From contig CAWKCK010000005.1 of the NCBI GenBank assembly GCA_963848135.1, forward strand, positions 372,001 through 436,000: a DNA stretch of 64,000 nucleotides. The letters are read 5' to 3'. Position numbers and translations under genes: made by a program. The first letter of the stretch is position 1. Every line of letters begins with the position of its first letter. A model generated the notes under the pieces. It was not told the origin of the DNA. It ran no database searches and worked only from the letters and a program-made list of their open reading frames with translations. Source of the stretch: an uncultured delta proteobacterium (lineage in GTDB: Bacteria > Desulfobacterota > Desulfobacteria > Desulfobacterales > SG8-13). Shown here piece after piece: positions 62,529-64,000 of this stretch.

Positions 62529-62667
62529 CAGGCTGTTAAAAATATATTACTCTTGGCAATACGGCGATAAATATTTTCTCAAAATGCTCATTTATTAAAC
62601 ATAAACTGCGCTTTTCGTCGGATTTTTCGTTGTCTTGCCAGTGCTCATGACGTTTTTCAACACACTG
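62529..62667 (+). mobile_element. MITE family A, copy 3 (139 bp)
   Basis: CAGGCTGTTAAAAA...TTTTTCAACACACTG; TAAA on both sides. Confidence 0.85.
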
Positions 62668-62687
62668 TAAATCTTAAAATACGTCGT

Positions 62688-64000
62688 ATGCTGAGTGGTA
62701 ATCTGAAAAAACGGACTGTATGGCTCGGATGGTTGGCCTTGGGAATCATTATTTTCGGTTTTCAGGTGATCGGTGCCACTGTTAGAAAAATAACACCGTC
62801 GGAGGGGTCGACGACCGTACTGTTCTACATGAACGGCGATAACGATCTGACCGACGAAGTTTTGTCAGCTGTTGATACAATGGAAACAGTTGGCTCCACA
62901 GCCAAGTTGAACATCGTCGCATTGGTCGATGGTCATCCCGATGGTATTTCACGTTTTGGAAGCCAATGGATTGGGACCCGCCTGCTGCGTATAACGCCCG
63001 ATGTTCAGGTCGCTCAAATCAATTCCGAAGTATTGTCCGAATGGGGAGAGCGGGATTTGGGAGACCCGGACACTTTAACGCAGTTCATACGGGTTTCCCT
63101 CAGTCAATTTCCGGCTGAAAGATATATATTTTGTGCCTTTGCCCATGGCAAGGGTGTCATCGATACCGGCCGGCTGACAAGTGGATCCAAACAAAAAACT
63201 TTGAGCATATCTCCTGATGCAACCAGTCAAACGATTATGCCGCTGACCGCATTCGAGCGCGCACTCAAGAACGGTTTGGATGATCGTCGGTTTTCTCTGA
63301 TGGTCTTGTTTTCTTGCCTGTCCAGCATGGTTGAAATCGCCGATGCCCTCAGTGATGTCACCGATTTTCTGATCGCCAGCGAAGACGAAATCCACCTCGT
63401 AAACGAGCCTCCCGGCACGCACCAATTGCGTGGAATATCATTTGGAGATCTTCTGCGGGATTTGAAGACCTACCCCTCTTTTTCGGATATCGAATTAGGC
63501 CGCCGGATCATCGACCGGTTCGTCGAGCCTTACAACCGAGAGATTTACACGCTCAACGGCAGCGGCAGCGAGGTGTCCCACCGTTACCCCGCAGGCCTCG
63601 CCCTGATTGACTGCCGCGCGACAGATCGCCTCGTCGCGGCTTTAGATAGATTGGCCTACCTGGTGATCGATGATCTGAACCGGCCCGATACCTTATTATC
63701 GACACTGGCCAACTTGCAGATTACACTGAAAAATACGCCGGCCTTCAAGAGTTTTCTCAACCTTGAATACTTCGACTTATTGGGTCTGCTCGATCAGTTG
63801 ACTCAGGTCACTACCAACTCCGATATCCGTGATACAAGCCTTCTCTGCGCGAATCTATTAAAATCCGAGGTGATCAGATACGAAAGACACACCCCAGGCG
63901 CCAAATCAAACGGGATGTCCATTTTCTTCAGCCATTTCCTGGTGCCCGAAAACGTCTATGTCGCTCACCTCAAGATGTATCGCCAAACGCGTTTCAGTCG
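62688..64000 (+). CDS. Clostripain-related (C11) cysteine peptidase, runs off the window
   Basis: Not in the ORF track because it has no stop in the window; manual translation gives an N-terminal TM, TVLFYMNGDNDL, ME.VGS, FAHGKG (His) and FSCLSSMVE (Cys). Confidence 0.85.
   Translation, partial: MLSGNLKKRTVWLGWLALGIIIFGFQVIGATVRKITPSEGSTTVLFYMNGDNDLTDEVLSAVDTMETVGSTAKLNIVALVDGHPDGISRFGSQWIGTRLLRITPDVQVAQINSEVLSEWGERDLGDPDTLTQFIRVSLSQFPAERYIFCAFAHGKGVIDTGRLTSGSKQKTLSISPDATSQTIMPLTAFERALKNGLDDRRFSLMVLFSCLSSMVEIADALSDVTDFLIASEDEIHLVNEPPGTHQLRGISFGDLLRDLKTYPSFSDIELGRRIIDRFVEPYNREIYTLNGSGSEVSHRYPAGLALIDCRATDRLVAALDRLAYLVIDDLNRPDTLLSTLANLQITLKNTPAFKSFLNLEYFDLLGLLDQLTQVTTNSDIRDTSLLCANLLKSEVIRYERHTPGAKSNGMSIFFSHFLVPENVYVAHLKMYRQTRFS

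Overview
A 64-kb accessory-rich stretch of a bacterial chromosome. Gene content (aldehyde:ferredoxin oxidoreductase, DUF362 Fe-S protein, PAS hybrid kinase, sigma-54 promoter) suggests a sulfate-reducing Desulfobacterales-like anaerobe; this is inference. It holds a complete IS3 element (3..1259) and a complete IS110 element (~14268..15994). The IS110 3' non-coding end reads as a bridge/seek RNA whose loops match both the insertion site and the element's circle junction. Six short palindromic MITE-like elements share an internal motif pair, and three of them form one family with 4-bp target duplications. There are about 50 genes (DNA repair, redox, efflux, transport) and many 3'-end gene remnants. 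A GC-rich uncharacterised operon (49.4-60.2 kb) encodes a Liv-type ABC transporter, a LivF::Tm-1-like fusion, a TIM-barrel signal-transduction protein, a flotillin, an SRPBCC protein and an SRPBCC::quinone-reductase fusion. Almost every gene from 48 to 61 kb carries single-base frameshifts, which look more like assembly indel errors than decay. No rRNA, tRNA or CRISPR array was seen.
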